The notes: a model not told the origin generated them from the letters alone. A DNA stretch of 64,000 nt from an uncultured Chloroflexia bacterium (GCA_963749705.1 CAVVNQ010000003.1:416001-480000), one strand, 5' to 3'. Counted from the first letter of the stretch, positions 48,038-58,743 are shown. Program-made: numbers and translations.

Positions 48038-49225
48038 ACGCCCGGCGTCCCGGTCCGGGAGGAACCCGCCGCCTGCCGACCACGGTCCTCGTCGCCCGCC
48101 GCGAGGTCCGGACGCGCCGGCGGTCGCGGGTGTTCGTCGGCGGCACCATCGTGATGACGGTCCTGGTCGTGGTCGGCATCGTGGCGGCATCGCTGCTCGC
48201 CGGCCGGACCAGCCCGGCGCAGGTGGGCTTCAGCGGGGGATCGCAGGCGCTCGAGCAGACGTTCACGGCATCGGCCGCGGCCCTGGGTGTGCAGGTGGTG
48301 GTCAGTGACATCGCCGATGAGACCGCCGGGAAGGCACAGGTCACCGCCGGCACGCTCGACGTGCTGGTGATTGGGTCGGCGACCGCGCCGACGGCCGTGG
48401 CGAAGGACGGCTGTCCCGCCGAACGTCGAGTCCGCCCTGTCCCTGGCCGCGGAGGCCGCCCGCCTCTCCGACGCCGGCCTGTCACCGGCGGCCGTCAAGT
48501 CGGCCATGGCGATGGTCCCGGTTCAGCTGCTGCAGGCGGCGAATCCCAAGGACACCCAGAACCTGTTCGCCGCCCTGGCCCTCGGCGTCGTGCTGTGGAT
48601 CGCGCTCGGCCAGTACGGGAACATGGTGGCGCAGAGCGTGGTCGAGGAGAAGGCGACCCGGATCATGGAGATCCTGCTCGCGACGATCCAGCCAAGCCGC
48701 CTGCTCGCGGGCAAGGTCATCGGGATCGGCCTGGTCGGTCTCCTGCAGCTCACGATCGTGGGCGCCGCCGCGCTCATCGCGGTCCGGGTGACCAACGTCG
48801 CCGCGATCCCGGCCCTCGGCGTGGCTTCGATCCTGGCCGACATCTGCTGGTTCGTGCTCGGCTTCCTGTTCTACGCCACGGCCTACTCCGCGGTCGCGTC
48901 CCTCGTCTCGCGCCAGGAAGAGGTCCAGAGCGCCGTCGGGCCGATCTCGATCCTCCAGATCGCGGGATACCTGCTGATGTACGTCTCGCTGCCAAATCCG
49001 ACAGGGCCCCTGGCCACGGTGGCTTCGGTGCTGCCGCCGTTCGCCCCGATCCTCATGGCGGTGCGCATGTCGGTCACCGCTGTGCCGCTGTGGCAGGTCG
49101 GGCTTGCGGCAGCGCTGCTCGTGGCATCGATCGTCGGCCTGACCTGGCTCGCCGGCCGCATGTACAACAACGCCGCGCTCCACCTCGGCGCGCGGGTGCG
49201 CTTCCTGGACGCGTTCCGTGGGTGA
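48034..49225 (+). pseudogene. ABC-2 permease with a frameshift near 48410
   Basis: N-terminal LVARREVRTR..TM in one frame; VAQSVVEEKATRIMEILL...LLAGKVIG in the next frame; an extra base at AAG GAC G GCT GTC would explain it. Confidence 0.75.
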
Positions 49226-49288
49226 CCACCGTGGGTAGCTTCAGCAAGCTCAGGTCCGTGTCAGGCCACAGCAATCGGAGGACATCAG

Positions 49289-49650
49289 ATGCCGCCTCGC
49301 GTGAGGGCACATCCATACCTGACCCTGATGGCGGTGGTGTCCGCAATCCTCATCCTGGTCGGGCGGATCAACAGGGAGCATGTGGTGGGGCGACTGGGCC
49401 TTCTTCGCCGGCATCGCGGTGCTCGTGGTTGCGGGCGCCCTCTTCCTCCTCTCGACCAGGAAGTGACCGAGAAGGCGAGACATCGGATCACACGCAGGCA
49501 GCCTGGTCTTCCTCATCGTGATGATCGCGGTCGTCGTCCTCGTGGACTGGCGGTTCCTCAGGCGTAACGCCTGCGAGGCGGCTGGCCGTGAACGTCAGCA
49601 TCATCCTGGCGTTCGGGACGTTCTACCTGGTGTTCATGAATCGCTCGTGA
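49289..49650 (+). pseudogene. degenerate small membrane-protein gene fragments
   Basis: Hydrophobic segments in shifting frames (LTLMAVVSAILILVG / FFAGIAVLVVAGALFLL / VVVLVDWRFLR / RLAVNVSIILAFGTFYLVF). Confidence 0.35.
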
Positions 49651-49845
49651 ACCCCGCGGTGACCCAGCGCCGCTGGTCGCGCTCGCTGAGGCGTGTCCGC
49701 GGGGCCGGCGCGCGTCCGCGCAGCCGCCCGACATTGCGCCGAACATGGGCGAGCCCGGCGGCACGGTCCTCTCGCCGCGCGTGGCAGGCGCCCAGGCATC
49801 CGGTCGGCGACCGCCAGTCGATCCGGGTTGCAGCTGCGCGGCACC

Positions 49846-50820
49846 TCACACGGTGATGACGACCTTCCCTCGCGCGTGTCCTCCCTGCAGGTACCGGAGA
49901 GCTTCGGGAACGTCCGCCAACGGATACCTGCGGTCGATGAAGGGTCTGATCCTGCCAGCCCCAATGAGCTCGTTGAGGATGACGACGTCTTCCTTGTTGA
50001 AGACCTTCCACCACAGCATGAGGCCCATCTTGCTGGACCCGGCCAGCGAGATCAGCGGGCCGAGCAGCAGGGCGCCCAGAATTCTGCTTGTGGGACCGCC
50101 GACCATGACGTAGGCGCCCCCAGGCTTCAGCGCCCGCCGGCACTCGAGGATCGAACGGTTGCCCGCGACATCGACGATCCAGTCGTACCGCTGCCCGCCC
50201 TGGGTGTAGTCCTCGCGGGTGTAGTCGATGACCTCGTCCGCGCCGAGCCCCCGCACCATGTCCATCTTGGCCGTGCTGCAGACGCCGGTCACGTGGGCTC
50301 CGAAGGCCTTCGCGATCTGGACGGCGAACGGGCCCACGTTGCCCGACGCACCGTTGACGAGCACCCTGGATCCCGGCCTGATCTGCTCCCCTCGCTTGAG
50401 GCCCTGCAAGGCCAGGATGGCCGCCTGGGGGATGGTCGCCGCTTCCTCGAAGGTCAGGCCCGCCGGCATCCGCGCCCAGGCGTGCTCCGGAGCGCACGCG
50501 TACTCGGCGAAGGCACCGTAGCCGAACGCGGTCAGGTCCCCGAACACGTCGTCGCCCGGCTGGAACGCCGTCACGTCGGGGCCAACGGCCTCGACCTGCC
50601 CGGCCGCGTCCAGGCCCAGGCCGCGGTTCCCCGGCGTGCGGAGCCCGGTGCCCATGCGCGTGAGGAAGGGCTTGCCCAGCAGGTAATCGAGGTCAGCCTG
50701 GTTCAGGGATGACGCCCGGATACGGACCAGGACCTCGTCGTTCTTCGGGACGGGCTTCTCGACTTCGCTGAGCTCCAGGATGTCGGGCGGGCCGTACCTG
50801 TCTCGGCGGATCGCCTTCAT
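49846..50820 (-). CDS. NAD(P)-dependent MDR (quinone oxidoreductase-like) oxidoreductase
   Basis: MKAI...YG, VLVNGASGNVG.FAVQIAK, LGADEVIDY, GHARGKVVI. Confidence 0.92.
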   Translation of the reverse strand: MKAIRRDRYGPPDILELSEVEKPVPKNDEVLVRIRASSLNQADLDYLLGKPFLTRMGTGLRTPGNRGLGLDAAGQVEAVGPDVTAFQPGDDVFGDLTAFGYGAFAEYACAPEHAWARMPAGLTFEEAATIPQAAILALQGLKRGEQIRPGSRVLVNGASGNVGPFAVQIAKAFGAHVTGVCSTAKMDMVRGLGADEVIDYTREDYTQGGQRYDWIVDVAGNRSILECRRALKPGGAYVMVGGPTSRILGALLLGPLISLAGSSKMGLMLWWKVFNKEDVVILNELIGAGRIRPFIDRRYPLADVPEALRYLQGGHARGKVVITV

Positions 50821-50979
50821 CTAGTCCCCCGATCCCGGCAACTTGACTCCGATGGCAGCACCGATGGCGACTCCCACGGCGATGCCAACAGCGACGCTGC
50901 CGATGGCGATCCCGATCGCAGCGCCGATCCCGGCGCCGAGGGCGATGCACGCCCCCTGGTTCAATCGCTTGTCACGCAC
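50821..50979 (-). CDS. 52-aa glycine-zipper membrane peptide (not in the ORF track)
   Basis: GTG after GGGAGG; MRDKRLNQGACIALGAGIGAAIGIAIGSVAVGIAVGVAIGAAIGVKLPGSGD*; stop abuts the next ATG. Confidence 0.7.
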   Translation of the reverse strand: MRDKRLNQGACIALGAGIGAAIGIAIGSVAVGIAVGVAIGAAIGVKLPGSGD

Positions 50980-51045
50980 GGGTGAACCCTCCCTGAGTGC
51001 CTCGCCTGCGCCACGACCGGTCGAAGGGCCACGGCATCCACCTCG

Positions 51046-52059
51046 TCAGGCGGTCACACGATCAAGGCCGATCACGATCTTGCCCCGGGCATGTCCCTCG
51101 TGCAGATAGCGGATCGCGTCCGGAACCTCGTCCAGTGGGTAGGTCCGGTCGATGACCGGCGTGACCTGCCCCGACTCGATCAATGCCTTGAGGGAGTGCA
51201 GGTCCTCGTTCCTCTCCTTCGAGATGAAGGTGCCGAGCTTCTGGCCCACGAACGGTGACATGACGGTCGCCCGGAGCTGTCGGTCGATCCCGCCGATCCA
51301 TCGATCGCCGCCTTCAGCTCCCACGATCACGAGCGTCCCCTGGGGCGCCAGGGCGCGCCGCAGCTGGGAGAGGGAACGACCTCCGGCGGTGTCGAAGATG
51401 AGGTCGTAGCGCTGTCCGGCCTCCGCGAAGTCCTGCCGCGTGTAGTCGATGACCTCGTCGGCGCCGATCGAGCGGACCAGGTCCACCTTCGTCGTGCTGC
51501 ACACGCCGGTGACGTGGGCTCCGAGCGCCTTCGCGATCTGCACGGCGAACGATCCCACGCCTCCGGCCGCGCCGATGATCAGCGCCTTCTGCCCATGCTG
51601 CAGCTTCCCCACGTCTCGAAGACCCTGCAGTGCCGTCGACCCGGAGGTGGGGACCGTCGCGGCCGCATCGAAGCCGAGGTTGGCGGGCATGGGCGCGAGC
51701 TTGTCCTCTCGAGCGATCGTGAATTCGGCGAACGCGCCGGCGCCGATGCCGAAGACCCCATCACCGGGCCGGAACCGGGTCACGTCCTTGCCGACCGCCT
51801 CGACCGTCCCTGCGACGTCCGTGCCCCGGACAGCCTGCTTGGGCGCGCGCAGCCCGAACCCCATGCGAATGAGGTACGGCAGCCCAGCCATGAGGTGCCA
51901 GTCGCCGGCATGGACGCCGGCCGCCCGAACTCGGACGAGCACCTCGTCGTCGCCGATCCCGGGCTTCTCGATGTCGCGCAGCTCCAGGACATCGGCTGAG
52001 CCGTATCTGTCCTGGACGATTGCCTTCATCGTGATCTGGTTCGTTGTCGTGACGATCAT
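51046..52059 (-). CDS. NAD(P)-dependent MDR oxidoreductase (paralog)
   Basis: AAGGAG RBS; MKAIVQDRYG, LIIGAAGGVGSFAVQIAK, GHARGKIVI. Confidence 0.92.
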   Translation of the reverse strand: MIVTTTNQITMKAIVQDRYGSADVLELRDIEKPGIGDDEVLVRVRAAGVHAGDWHLMAGLPYLIRMGFGLRAPKQAVRGTDVAGTVEAVGKDVTRFRPGDGVFGIGAGAFAEFTIAREDKLAPMPANLGFDAAATVPTSGSTALQGLRDVGKLQHGQKALIIGAAGGVGSFAVQIAKALGAHVTGVCSTTKVDLVRSIGADEVIDYTRQDFAEAGQRYDLIFDTAGGRSLSQLRRALAPQGTLVIVGAEGGDRWIGGIDRQLRATVMSPFVGQKLGTFISKERNEDLHSLKALIESGQVTPVIDRTYPLDEVPDAIRYLHEGHARGKIVIGLDRVTA

Positions 52060-52112
52060 CGGCCTCTCCTTGATTCCTGCTGGGCAGCCGGAGCCATTCA
52101 TGGGCTCCAAAC

Positions 52113-52156
52113 CTGTACGGTGTAAAGCTGGACGGGTCGAACTGTACGGTGTAAAG
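52113..52156. promoter_or_regulatory. putative tandem TetR operators
   Basis: CTGTACGGTGTAAAG exact at 52113-52127 and 52142-52156 (TAC-N3-GTA core) between the divergent MDR and TetR genes. Confidence 0.7.
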
Positions 52157-52208
52157 TTGCGGGTGTCAAACCCGACGCTTTGACTGAACCAGGAAAAGGC
52201 GACCCCCG

Positions 52209-52880
52209 ATGACGACGCAGACCCTCACGCAAGCACAACACCGCGGCCACCTGAGCCGGGAGCGAGTGCTGGACGCCGCCATCAGGCTCGCGGATCAGGG
52301 TGGGCTCGAGTCGCTCAGCATGCGCAAGCTCGGTCACGAGCTCGGGGTCGAGGCGATGGCCATCTACTACCACTTCGCCAGCAAGGAACGGGTCCTCGAC
52401 GGCATGGTGGATCGGGTGTTCGGTGAGATCGAGCTGCCTGAGGCCGGCCCCGCTTGGAGGAACGCGATGCGCCGGCGGGCAATGTCGGTCCGCGACGCCA
52501 TGGCCCGCCACCCGTGGGCGATCGGCATGATGGAGTCGCGGCGCAATCCCGGTTCGGCGAACCTCCGGCATCACGATGCCGTGATCGGCAGCCTCCTGGC
52601 GGGGGGCTTCGACATCACGCTGGCCGGCCACGCCTACGCGCTCCTGGACGGCTATATCTACGGCTTCGCCCTGACCCACGTGAACCTGCCGTTCGGGACC
52701 GCGGACGAGGCGGCGGCCGTCGCGGAAACCATGGTGCAGCCGTTCGAGCCCGGCGCCTTTCCCAACCTGGAGGCGATGATCGAGCACGCCCTGCAACCAG
52801 GCTATGACTTTGGCAACGAGTTCGGGTATGGGCTTGACCTGATCCTCGACGGGCTCGAGCGAGTGCTGGCTCCGGGCTGA
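52209..52880 (+). CDS. TetR family regulator with TetR_C domain
   Basis: [42 protein letters not shown]; RHPWA; [11 protein letters not shown]. Confidence 0.93.
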   Translation: MTTQTLTQAQHRGHLSRERVLDAAIRLADQGGLESLSMRKLGHELGVEAMAIYYHFASKERVLDGMVDRVFGEIELPEAGPAWRNAMRRRAMSVRDAMARHPWAIGMMESRRNPGSANLRHHDAVIGSLLAGGFDITLAGHAYALLDGYIYGFALTHVNLPFGTADEAAAVAETMVQPFEPGAFPNLEAMIEHALQPGYDFGNEFGYGLDLILDGLERVLAPG

Positions 52881-53044
52881 GACCCGGCCGCCTCGCGACG
52901 TTGCGGCGCGGCCCGCAGGGACGACCCGAACCACGGCGCAACGCTTGACCGTTCGCGCGACGAGCGCCAGAGTGGACGCAAGGATCCACCCGGCCCGCGC
53001 GGCGCGTCCCACCGGCCGGCAGCTCGACAGACGGAGCCGCTCCC

Positions 53045-54241
53045 ATGACCAAGATCGCCCACCAGCCCGCGACGGGGCGCTCGATCGGCACGCCCACCGC
53101 CAACCAGGCCGGATCGCGGATCAACCCCGACGCCTACGCCGAGGCAAAGGACTTCCTGCCCCTCGACGGCATCGATCACGTGGAGTTCTGGGTCGGCAAC
53201 GCTCGACAGGCCGCTGCGTACTTCCGTGCCCTGTGGGGCTTCACGCCGGTCGCCTTCGCGGGGCTCGAAACGGGCGTCCGCGACCGCGCCAGCTACGTGC
53301 TCCAGCAGCACGGCATCCGGATCGTGGTCACCGCACCGCTCACGCCCGAGGGTGAGCTGGCCGAGCACGTGCGACGGCATGGCGACGGCGTCCACGACAT
53401 CGCGTTCGCGGTGCCCGACGCCGCCTCCGCCTGGCGCGAGACGACCAGCCGCGGCGCCCGCTCGGCCGCCGTTCCGGCCGAGCTCGACGGCGGCGAGGAC
53501 GGGACCCTGCGGACGAGCTCGGTGTTCACGTACGGCGAGGTCCGACACTCGTTCGTCGACCGCCGGGACTACCACGGCGTGTTCGCTCCGGGCTACCGGC
53601 GGGTCAAGAAGCCGGCGCGCGCGGCGGGCGGCCTGAGCCTGCTCGAGATCGATCACTGCGTGGGCAACGTGGACCTGGGCGAGATGGACCGCTACGTCGA
53701 CTTCTATCGCGACGTGTTCGGCTTCGCCCAGCTGATCCACTACGACGACACGGTCATCCACACCGAGTACAGCGCCCTGATGTCCAAGGTCATGACCAAC
53801 GGCTCCGGGCGGATCAAGTTCCCGATCAACGAGCCCGCGAGCGGGCGCAAGAAGAGCCAGATCCAGGAGTTCCTCGACTGGTACCACGATGCCGGGACGC
53901 AGCACATCGCGCTGCGGACCGAGGACATCGTGGGCACCGTGCGGCGGCTGCGCGAGAACGGGGTCGAGTTCCTGGGCATGCCCCATGCCTACTACGAGAC
54001 CCTTGCCGACCGCGTGGGCGACGTGGGTGTCCCGATCGACGTGCTCGAGGAGCTCGGGATCGAGGCCGATCGCGACGAGGAGGGCTATCTCCTCCAGATC
54101 TTCACCCGGCCGATCCAGGACCGACCGACGTTCTTCTTCGAGATCATCGAGCGCCACGGCTCCCGCGGCTTCGGGGTGGGCAACTTCCGGGCGCTGTTCG
54201 AGGCGATCGAGATCGAGCAGGCGCGGCGCGGGAACCTCTGA
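53045..54241 (+). CDS. hppD: 4-hydroxyphenylpyruvate dioxygenase
   Basis: HGDGVHDIAF, IDHCVGN, YSALMSKV, KFPINEP, SQIQEFL, QHIAL, LLQIFT, FFEIIER, GFG.GNF.ALFEAIE.EQ.RRGNL. Confidence 0.96.
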   Translation: MTKIAHQPATGRSIGTPTANQAGSRINPDAYAEAKDFLPLDGIDHVEFWVGNARQAAAYFRALWGFTPVAFAGLETGVRDRASYVLQQHGIRIVVTAPLTPEGELAEHVRRHGDGVHDIAFAVPDAASAWRETTSRGARSAAVPAELDGGEDGTLRTSSVFTYGEVRHSFVDRRDYHGVFAPGYRRVKKPARAAGGLSLLEIDHCVGNVDLGEMDRYVDFYRDVFGFAQLIHYDDTVIHTEYSALMSKVMTNGSGRIKFPINEPASGRKKSQIQEFLDWYHDAGTQHIALRTEDIVGTVRRLRENGVEFLGMPHAYYETLADRVGDVGVPIDVLEELGIEADRDEEGYLLQIFTRPIQDRPTFFFEIIERHGSRGFGVGNFRALFEAIEIEQARRGNL

Positions 54242-54249
54242 AGCCCGCG

Positions 54250-55299
54250 ATGCGACTCGCCCACGTCCGCGAACGACACGCGCCGGCCGGCGCTCCCTGG
54301 CGCCTGGCGGCCGCGCTGGATCCAGCCGCCGCTACCTGGCTCGATGTCGAGGTCGCCCGTCGCCGGGCCGTGGCCGCCAGGCCCAGCCTCGCCCACGACA
54401 GCCTGCTCCACCGCCAGCCGGTCACGACGCTCGACGACCATCTCGCGCGCAACCTCCGGGTCGAGGCGCTCGCGGACCTCGTCGAGGGCTTCTCGCCCCG
54501 GGGTGACGAGGATGACGCGCTCCTCGACGCGGACGATCTCGACTTCGGTCCCCCGATCCTGCGTCCGCCCTCGTTTCGCGACTTCTACGCGTTCGAGCAG
54601 CACGTCGGCACCATGTGGCAGCGGCGTGGCCAGGAGATCCCGGAGGCCTGGTTCCGGCTGCCCGTCTTCTACTTCTCGAACGTGTCGGAGCTGCGGGGAC
54701 CGAACGAGGCCGTGTGGGCACCGCGCGGCTCCCGGGAGCTCGACTACGAGCTCGAGGTGGGGATCCTCATCGACACCCCGGTGCGCGACCTTGCCCCGGA
54801 GCGAGCCGAGGAGGCGATCGGCGGCTACCTCATCCTCAACGACTGGTCGGCGCGCGACCTCCAGCGCGACGAGACCGCGGTCCGGCTGGGACCGGCGAAG
54901 GGCAAGGACTTCGCGACCTCGATCGGCCCGTGGCTGGTCACCCCCGACGAGCTCGCGGACCGGCGCGCCCCGGGCTCCACGATGCCGGACCTCGCCATGA
55001 CGGCCACCGTCCGGACCAGCGATGGGACGGTGATCGAGACGTCGCGCGGCACGCTCGCGTCCGCCCGCCACGGGTTCGGGGCGATGATCGTCCGCGCCTC
55101 GGCCGACGTGCGCCTGCGTCCGGGCGACGTCATCGGCAGCGGCACGGTCGGCCGTGGGTGCCTGCTCGAGATCCGCGAGGAGACGCTCGGCCGCTACCTG
55201 GAGCCGGGCGATGAGGTGACCCTCGAGGTGGAGCGGCTGGGCCGCCTGGTGACCCCCATCGTTGCCATTTCCGGGGACCGAACCGGATTGGGAACCTGA
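54250..55299 (+). CDS. fumarylacetoacetate hydrolase family protein
   Basis: RDFYAFEQH, PVFYFSN, LDYELE, NDWSARDLQ, AKGKDFAT, PGDVIGSGT. Confidence 0.92.
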   Translation: MRLAHVRERHAPAGAPWRLAAALDPAAATWLDVEVARRRAVAARPSLAHDSLLHRQPVTTLDDHLARNLRVEALADLVEGFSPRGDEDDALLDADDLDFGPPILRPPSFRDFYAFEQHVGTMWQRRGQEIPEAWFRLPVFYFSNVSELRGPNEAVWAPRGSRELDYELEVGILIDTPVRDLAPERAEEAIGGYLILNDWSARDLQRDETAVRLGPAKGKDFATSIGPWLVTPDELADRRAPGSTMPDLAMTATVRTSDGTVIETSRGTLASARHGFGAMIVRASADVRLRPGDVIGSGTVGRGCLLEIREETLGRYLEPGDEVTLEVERLGRLVTPIVAISGDRTGLGT

Positions 55300-55320
55300 C
55301 GCGAGGAGGCCTGTCGTCCG

Positions 55321-56544
55321 ATGTTCTACGTCTCCCGCGGGAGCGTCCCGCCCACCCGGCACACCCAGCACCGGGCGCCCGACGGCAGCCTGTACGCCGA
55401 GGAGCTGTTCGGCGTCGAAGGGTTCACCGGCCGCAGCTCGCTCCTGTACCACCTCGTCCCGCCCACGCGCGTGACGCGGATCGAGCCGCTGGGCGCGGTG
55501 ACCGTCGAGACCGCCGACGATGGCTCGCACCACCACCAGCTCGTCGACACGGCCGGTCTCGAGCCGGCGGGCGATGCCGTGTCGGGGCGGGTGCCGCTGT
55601 TCCACAACGCCGACGTGGTGATGGGCGTCGTGCGCCCTGCCGGGCCGATGGCGCCCGACACGTTCTATCGCAACGGTGAAGGCGACGAGATGCTGTTCGT
55701 CCACGAGGGGACGGGCATGCTCCGCACCAACTTCGGCGACCTCGCCTACCACCCGGGCGACTACCTGGTGCTGCCGATCGGCACGACCTGGCGGCTCGAC
55801 CCCGACCCGGGCGTGGCCCAGCGGATGCTCTACCTCGAGTGCCCGTCGGAGATCGAGCCGCCAAAGCGCTATCGCAACGACTACGGCCAGCTGCTCGAGC
55901 ATTCGCCGTACTACCAGCGCGACATCCGCATCCCCGAGTTCCGGGAGCCGGACGCCGGCGCCGGGGAGTACCGGGTCATCGTCCGGGCGCGGGGCCGGCA
56001 CACCGCCTACCACTTCGCCACGCACCCGTTCGATGTGGTCGGCTGGGATGGCTACCTGTGGCCGTTCGCGTTCGACATCGCCGACTTCCAGCCGATCACC
56101 GGGCGCGTCCACCAGCCGCCGCCCGTCCACCAGACGTTCGCCGCCCGCAACTTCGTCGTGTGCTCCTTCGTGCCGCGCAAGTTCGACTACCACCCCCTCT
56201 CGATCCCGGCCCCGTACAACCACTCGAACATCAACAGCGACGAGGTCATCTACTACGTCGCCGGCAACTTCATGAGCCGGCGCGGCGTGGGGATCGCCTC
56301 GTTCACCCTCCACCCGGCGGGCATCCCGCACGGTCCGCACCCGGGAACCGCGGAGGCGTCGATCGGCAAGGAGGCGACCGAGGAGCTGGCGGTCATGGTC
56401 GACACGTTCCGTCCGCTGTGGCTCACGCCGCAGGCGGCGCGGCTCGAGAGCCCCGGCTACCCGTACACGTGGCTGCCATCGGATGACCACGCCAACGAAG
56501 CCTCCGAGCTCGCGCAACGCGGCCCGGAGGCGTTCCCCGACTGA
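55321..56544 (+). CDS. hmgA: homogentisate 1,2-dioxygenase
   Basis: Y.EELFG.EGF, GDEMLFVHEG.G, HPFDVVGWDG, HQPPPVHQTF, PYNHSNINSDEV, HP.GIPHGPHPG, ELAVMVDTF. Confidence 0.95.
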   Translation: MFYVSRGSVPPTRHTQHRAPDGSLYAEELFGVEGFTGRSSLLYHLVPPTRVTRIEPLGAVTVETADDGSHHHQLVDTAGLEPAGDAVSGRVPLFHNADVVMGVVRPAGPMAPDTFYRNGEGDEMLFVHEGTGMLRTNFGDLAYHPGDYLVLPIGTTWRLDPDPGVAQRMLYLECPSEIEPPKRYRNDYGQLLEHSPYYQRDIRIPEFREPDAGAGEYRVIVRARGRHTAYHFATHPFDVVGWDGYLWPFAFDIADFQPITGRVHQPPPVHQTFAARNFVVCSFVPRKFDYHPLSIPAPYNHSNINSDEVIYYVAGNFMSRRGVGIASFTLHPAGIPHGPHPGTAEASIGKEATEELAVMVDTFRPLWLTPQAARLESPGYPYTWLPSDDHANEASELAQRGPEAFPD

Positions 56545-56619
56545 GGTGCGTGCGATGTTCGTCGAGTGCTCCCCCGGCGCCGTGCCTTGTCAAGCTCCCG
56601 TCGGCAGGAGGGTCGCGGC

Positions 56620-57810
56620 ATGAGCTTTGACCACCACGACCCGCAGTTCGTCCAGGATCCGGAGCGCGTCATCGGGCCGATCCGCGAGCAGCAGCCGCTG
56701 GTGCACTCGGACCTGTACGGCGGCTTCTGGCTGCTGACGCGCTACGAGGACGTGACCGCCGCGGCGCTCGACCACGAAGCCTTCACCTCGGCCGTCGCCG
56801 GCACCACGCTCATCCCGCCCACGCAGCCGCGCACCGACCCGCTGCTCCCGATCGAGCTCGACCCGCCCGAGCACACCCGGTACCGGGCGCTCGTCAACTC
56901 GGTGTTCGCCAAGCCGCGGATCGACACCATGCGCCCGGACCTCGAGGCCGTTGCGACGAGGCTGCTCGACGCGTACGCGCAGCAGGGCGGGGGCGATGTC
57001 ATGGCCGACTTCGCCCACCCCATGTCGCTCGCCTCGCTGGCGCGGCTCATGGACCTCCCGCCGGAGGACGAGGGGCTGTGGTTCGACTGGGTCGAGCGGA
57101 TGTACTCGAACGCGCTGCGCGATCCGGAGGACCGGGTGGGCGCGGCGCGCGACGCCGAGGCGTACATCGGCGATCGCATCGCGGAGCGGAGGCGGGAGCC
57201 ACGCGACGACTTCCTGGGGATGCTGCTCGAGGCCGAGGTGGACGGCCGCCGCCTGTCCGAGCTCGAGCTGCGCCAGTTCGGGATGCTGATGCTCCTTGCG
57301 GGCTACGAGACGACCTCGGGCGCCATGGGCATGAGCCTGCTGCACCTGGCGCAGCATCCCGACCAGCGCGCGCAGCTGTTCGGCGATGTCGATGGACTCG
57401 CGCACACGGCGGTCAACGAGCTGCTGCGGGTCGTGTCCCCGGTCCAGGTCTTCGGCCGGAATGCGGCGCACGACATCGACCTGTACGGGCAGACGATCCC
57501 GGCCGGCGATGTCGTTCTCCTCGCGTACGGCGCCGCGAACCACGACCCGCGCGCCTTCGAGCATCCCGAGCGCTGCGTCCTCGACCGCCACCCGAACCCC
57601 CACGTGGCGTTCGGCCGCGGCCGCCACCTGTGCCTGGGTGCGAACCTCGCCCGCCTGGAGCTGACGATCATGATCGAGCGCTTCGCCAGGACGCTCCCCG
57701 ACTTCAGCCTCGATCCCGCACGTCCGCCGACCTGGAAGCGGCGTGGCGACGTGCGCGCCCTGGCTTCCCTCCACCTGGTCGTCCCGTCCGGATCGCCATC
57801 GGCCGGCTGA
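56620..57810 (+). CDS. cytochrome P450
   Basis: DPPEHTRYR, I-helix AGYETT, ExxR (ELLR), heme motif FGRGRHLCLG. Confidence 0.95.
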   Translation: MSFDHHDPQFVQDPERVIGPIREQQPLVHSDLYGGFWLLTRYEDVTAAALDHEAFTSAVAGTTLIPPTQPRTDPLLPIELDPPEHTRYRALVNSVFAKPRIDTMRPDLEAVATRLLDAYAQQGGGDVMADFAHPMSLASLARLMDLPPEDEGLWFDWVERMYSNALRDPEDRVGAARDAEAYIGDRIAERRREPRDDFLGMLLEAEVDGRRLSELELRQFGMLMLLAGYETTSGAMGMSLLHLAQHPDQRAQLFGDVDGLAHTAVNELLRVVSPVQVFGRNAAHDIDLYGQTIPAGDVVLLAYGAANHDPRAFEHPERCVLDRHPNPHVAFGRGRHLCLGANLARLELTIMIERFARTLPDFSLDPARPPTWKRRGDVRALASLHLVVPSGSPSAG

Positions 57811-57849
57811 CGGCCGGGGCATCGGCGGTCTCGATGCTGTCCGCCCGGC

Positions 57850-58743
57850 TCAGGCGTGGCTCCGTTGCTCGAACCGCCGGCGGTCGGCGGTCTCGAGCTG
57901 GAAGGTCGAGTGCTCGATGTCGAAGTCGTCCGACAGGCACTCGCACAGGGCATCCAGGGTCACGGCCGGATCCGCCCCGTCGGCGAGGGTCACGTGCGCC
58001 GAGACGACGTTCATCCCCGAGGTGATCGTCCACGCGTGGAGGTCATGGCATCCGATGACCCCCGGCGCATCGAGGATGTGCCGGCGGACGTGGTCCATGT
58101 CGACGCCCTTGGGCGTTGCCTCGAGGAGGACGTCGGTCGCGTCGCGCAGGAGGGCGAATGTGCGGGGCAGGATCAGCAGCGCGATGACCACGGAGGCGGC
58201 GATGTCCGCCTGCAGCCAGCCGGTGGCGCCGATCACGACGGCGGCGATGATGACCGCGGCCGACCCCGCGAAGTCACCCATGACCTCGAGGTAGGCCCCG
58301 CGCATGTTGAGGCTCTGTGTCTGGGCGTGCCGGAGCAGGTACAGCGCGACGGCGTTGGCACCCAGGCCGAGGAGCGCGACCGCGAGCATCAACCCCGATG
58401 TGACCTCCGGTGGCGCCGACAGTCGCCGCCAGGCCTCGAACAGGATGAACGCGGCGACCCCGAGCAGGAGCACGGCGTTGGCCACCGCTGCGAGGATCTC
58501 CAGCCGGAGATAGCCGAAGGTGCGGCCGGTGGTGGGCGCGCGGCGCGCGAACCAGATTGCCAGCAGCGCGAGGGTCATCCCGGACACGTCCGCGAGCATG
58601 TGCCCGGCGTCGGCGATCAGGGCCAGGCTGCCCGACCTGAGCCCGCCGACGACTTCGACGACGAGCATCACGAGGCTCAGACCGAGGACGGCGGCAAGAC
58701 GGTTCCAGCTGGTCGCGGCCGCGGAGCCGTGCGAATGGGCCAT
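57850..58743 (-). CDS. cation diffusion facilitator (CzcD/ZitB-like)
   Basis: SLALIADAGHMLAD, TFGYLRLEILAA, SLNMRGAYL, HDLHAWTITSG, IEHSTFQLE. Confidence 0.93.
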   Translation of the reverse strand: MAHSHGSAAATSWNRLAAVLGLSLVMLVVEVVGGLRSGSLALIADAGHMLADVSGMTLALLAIWFARRAPTTGRTFGYLRLEILAAVANAVLLLGVAAFILFEAWRRLSAPPEVTSGLMLAVALLGLGANAVALYLLRHAQTQSLNMRGAYLEVMGDFAGSAAVIIAAVVIGATGWLQADIAASVVIALLILPRTFALLRDATDVLLEATPKGVDMDHVRRHILDAPGVIGCHDLHAWTITSGMNVVSAHVTLADGADPAVTLDALCECLSDDFDIEHSTFQLETADRRRFEQRSHA

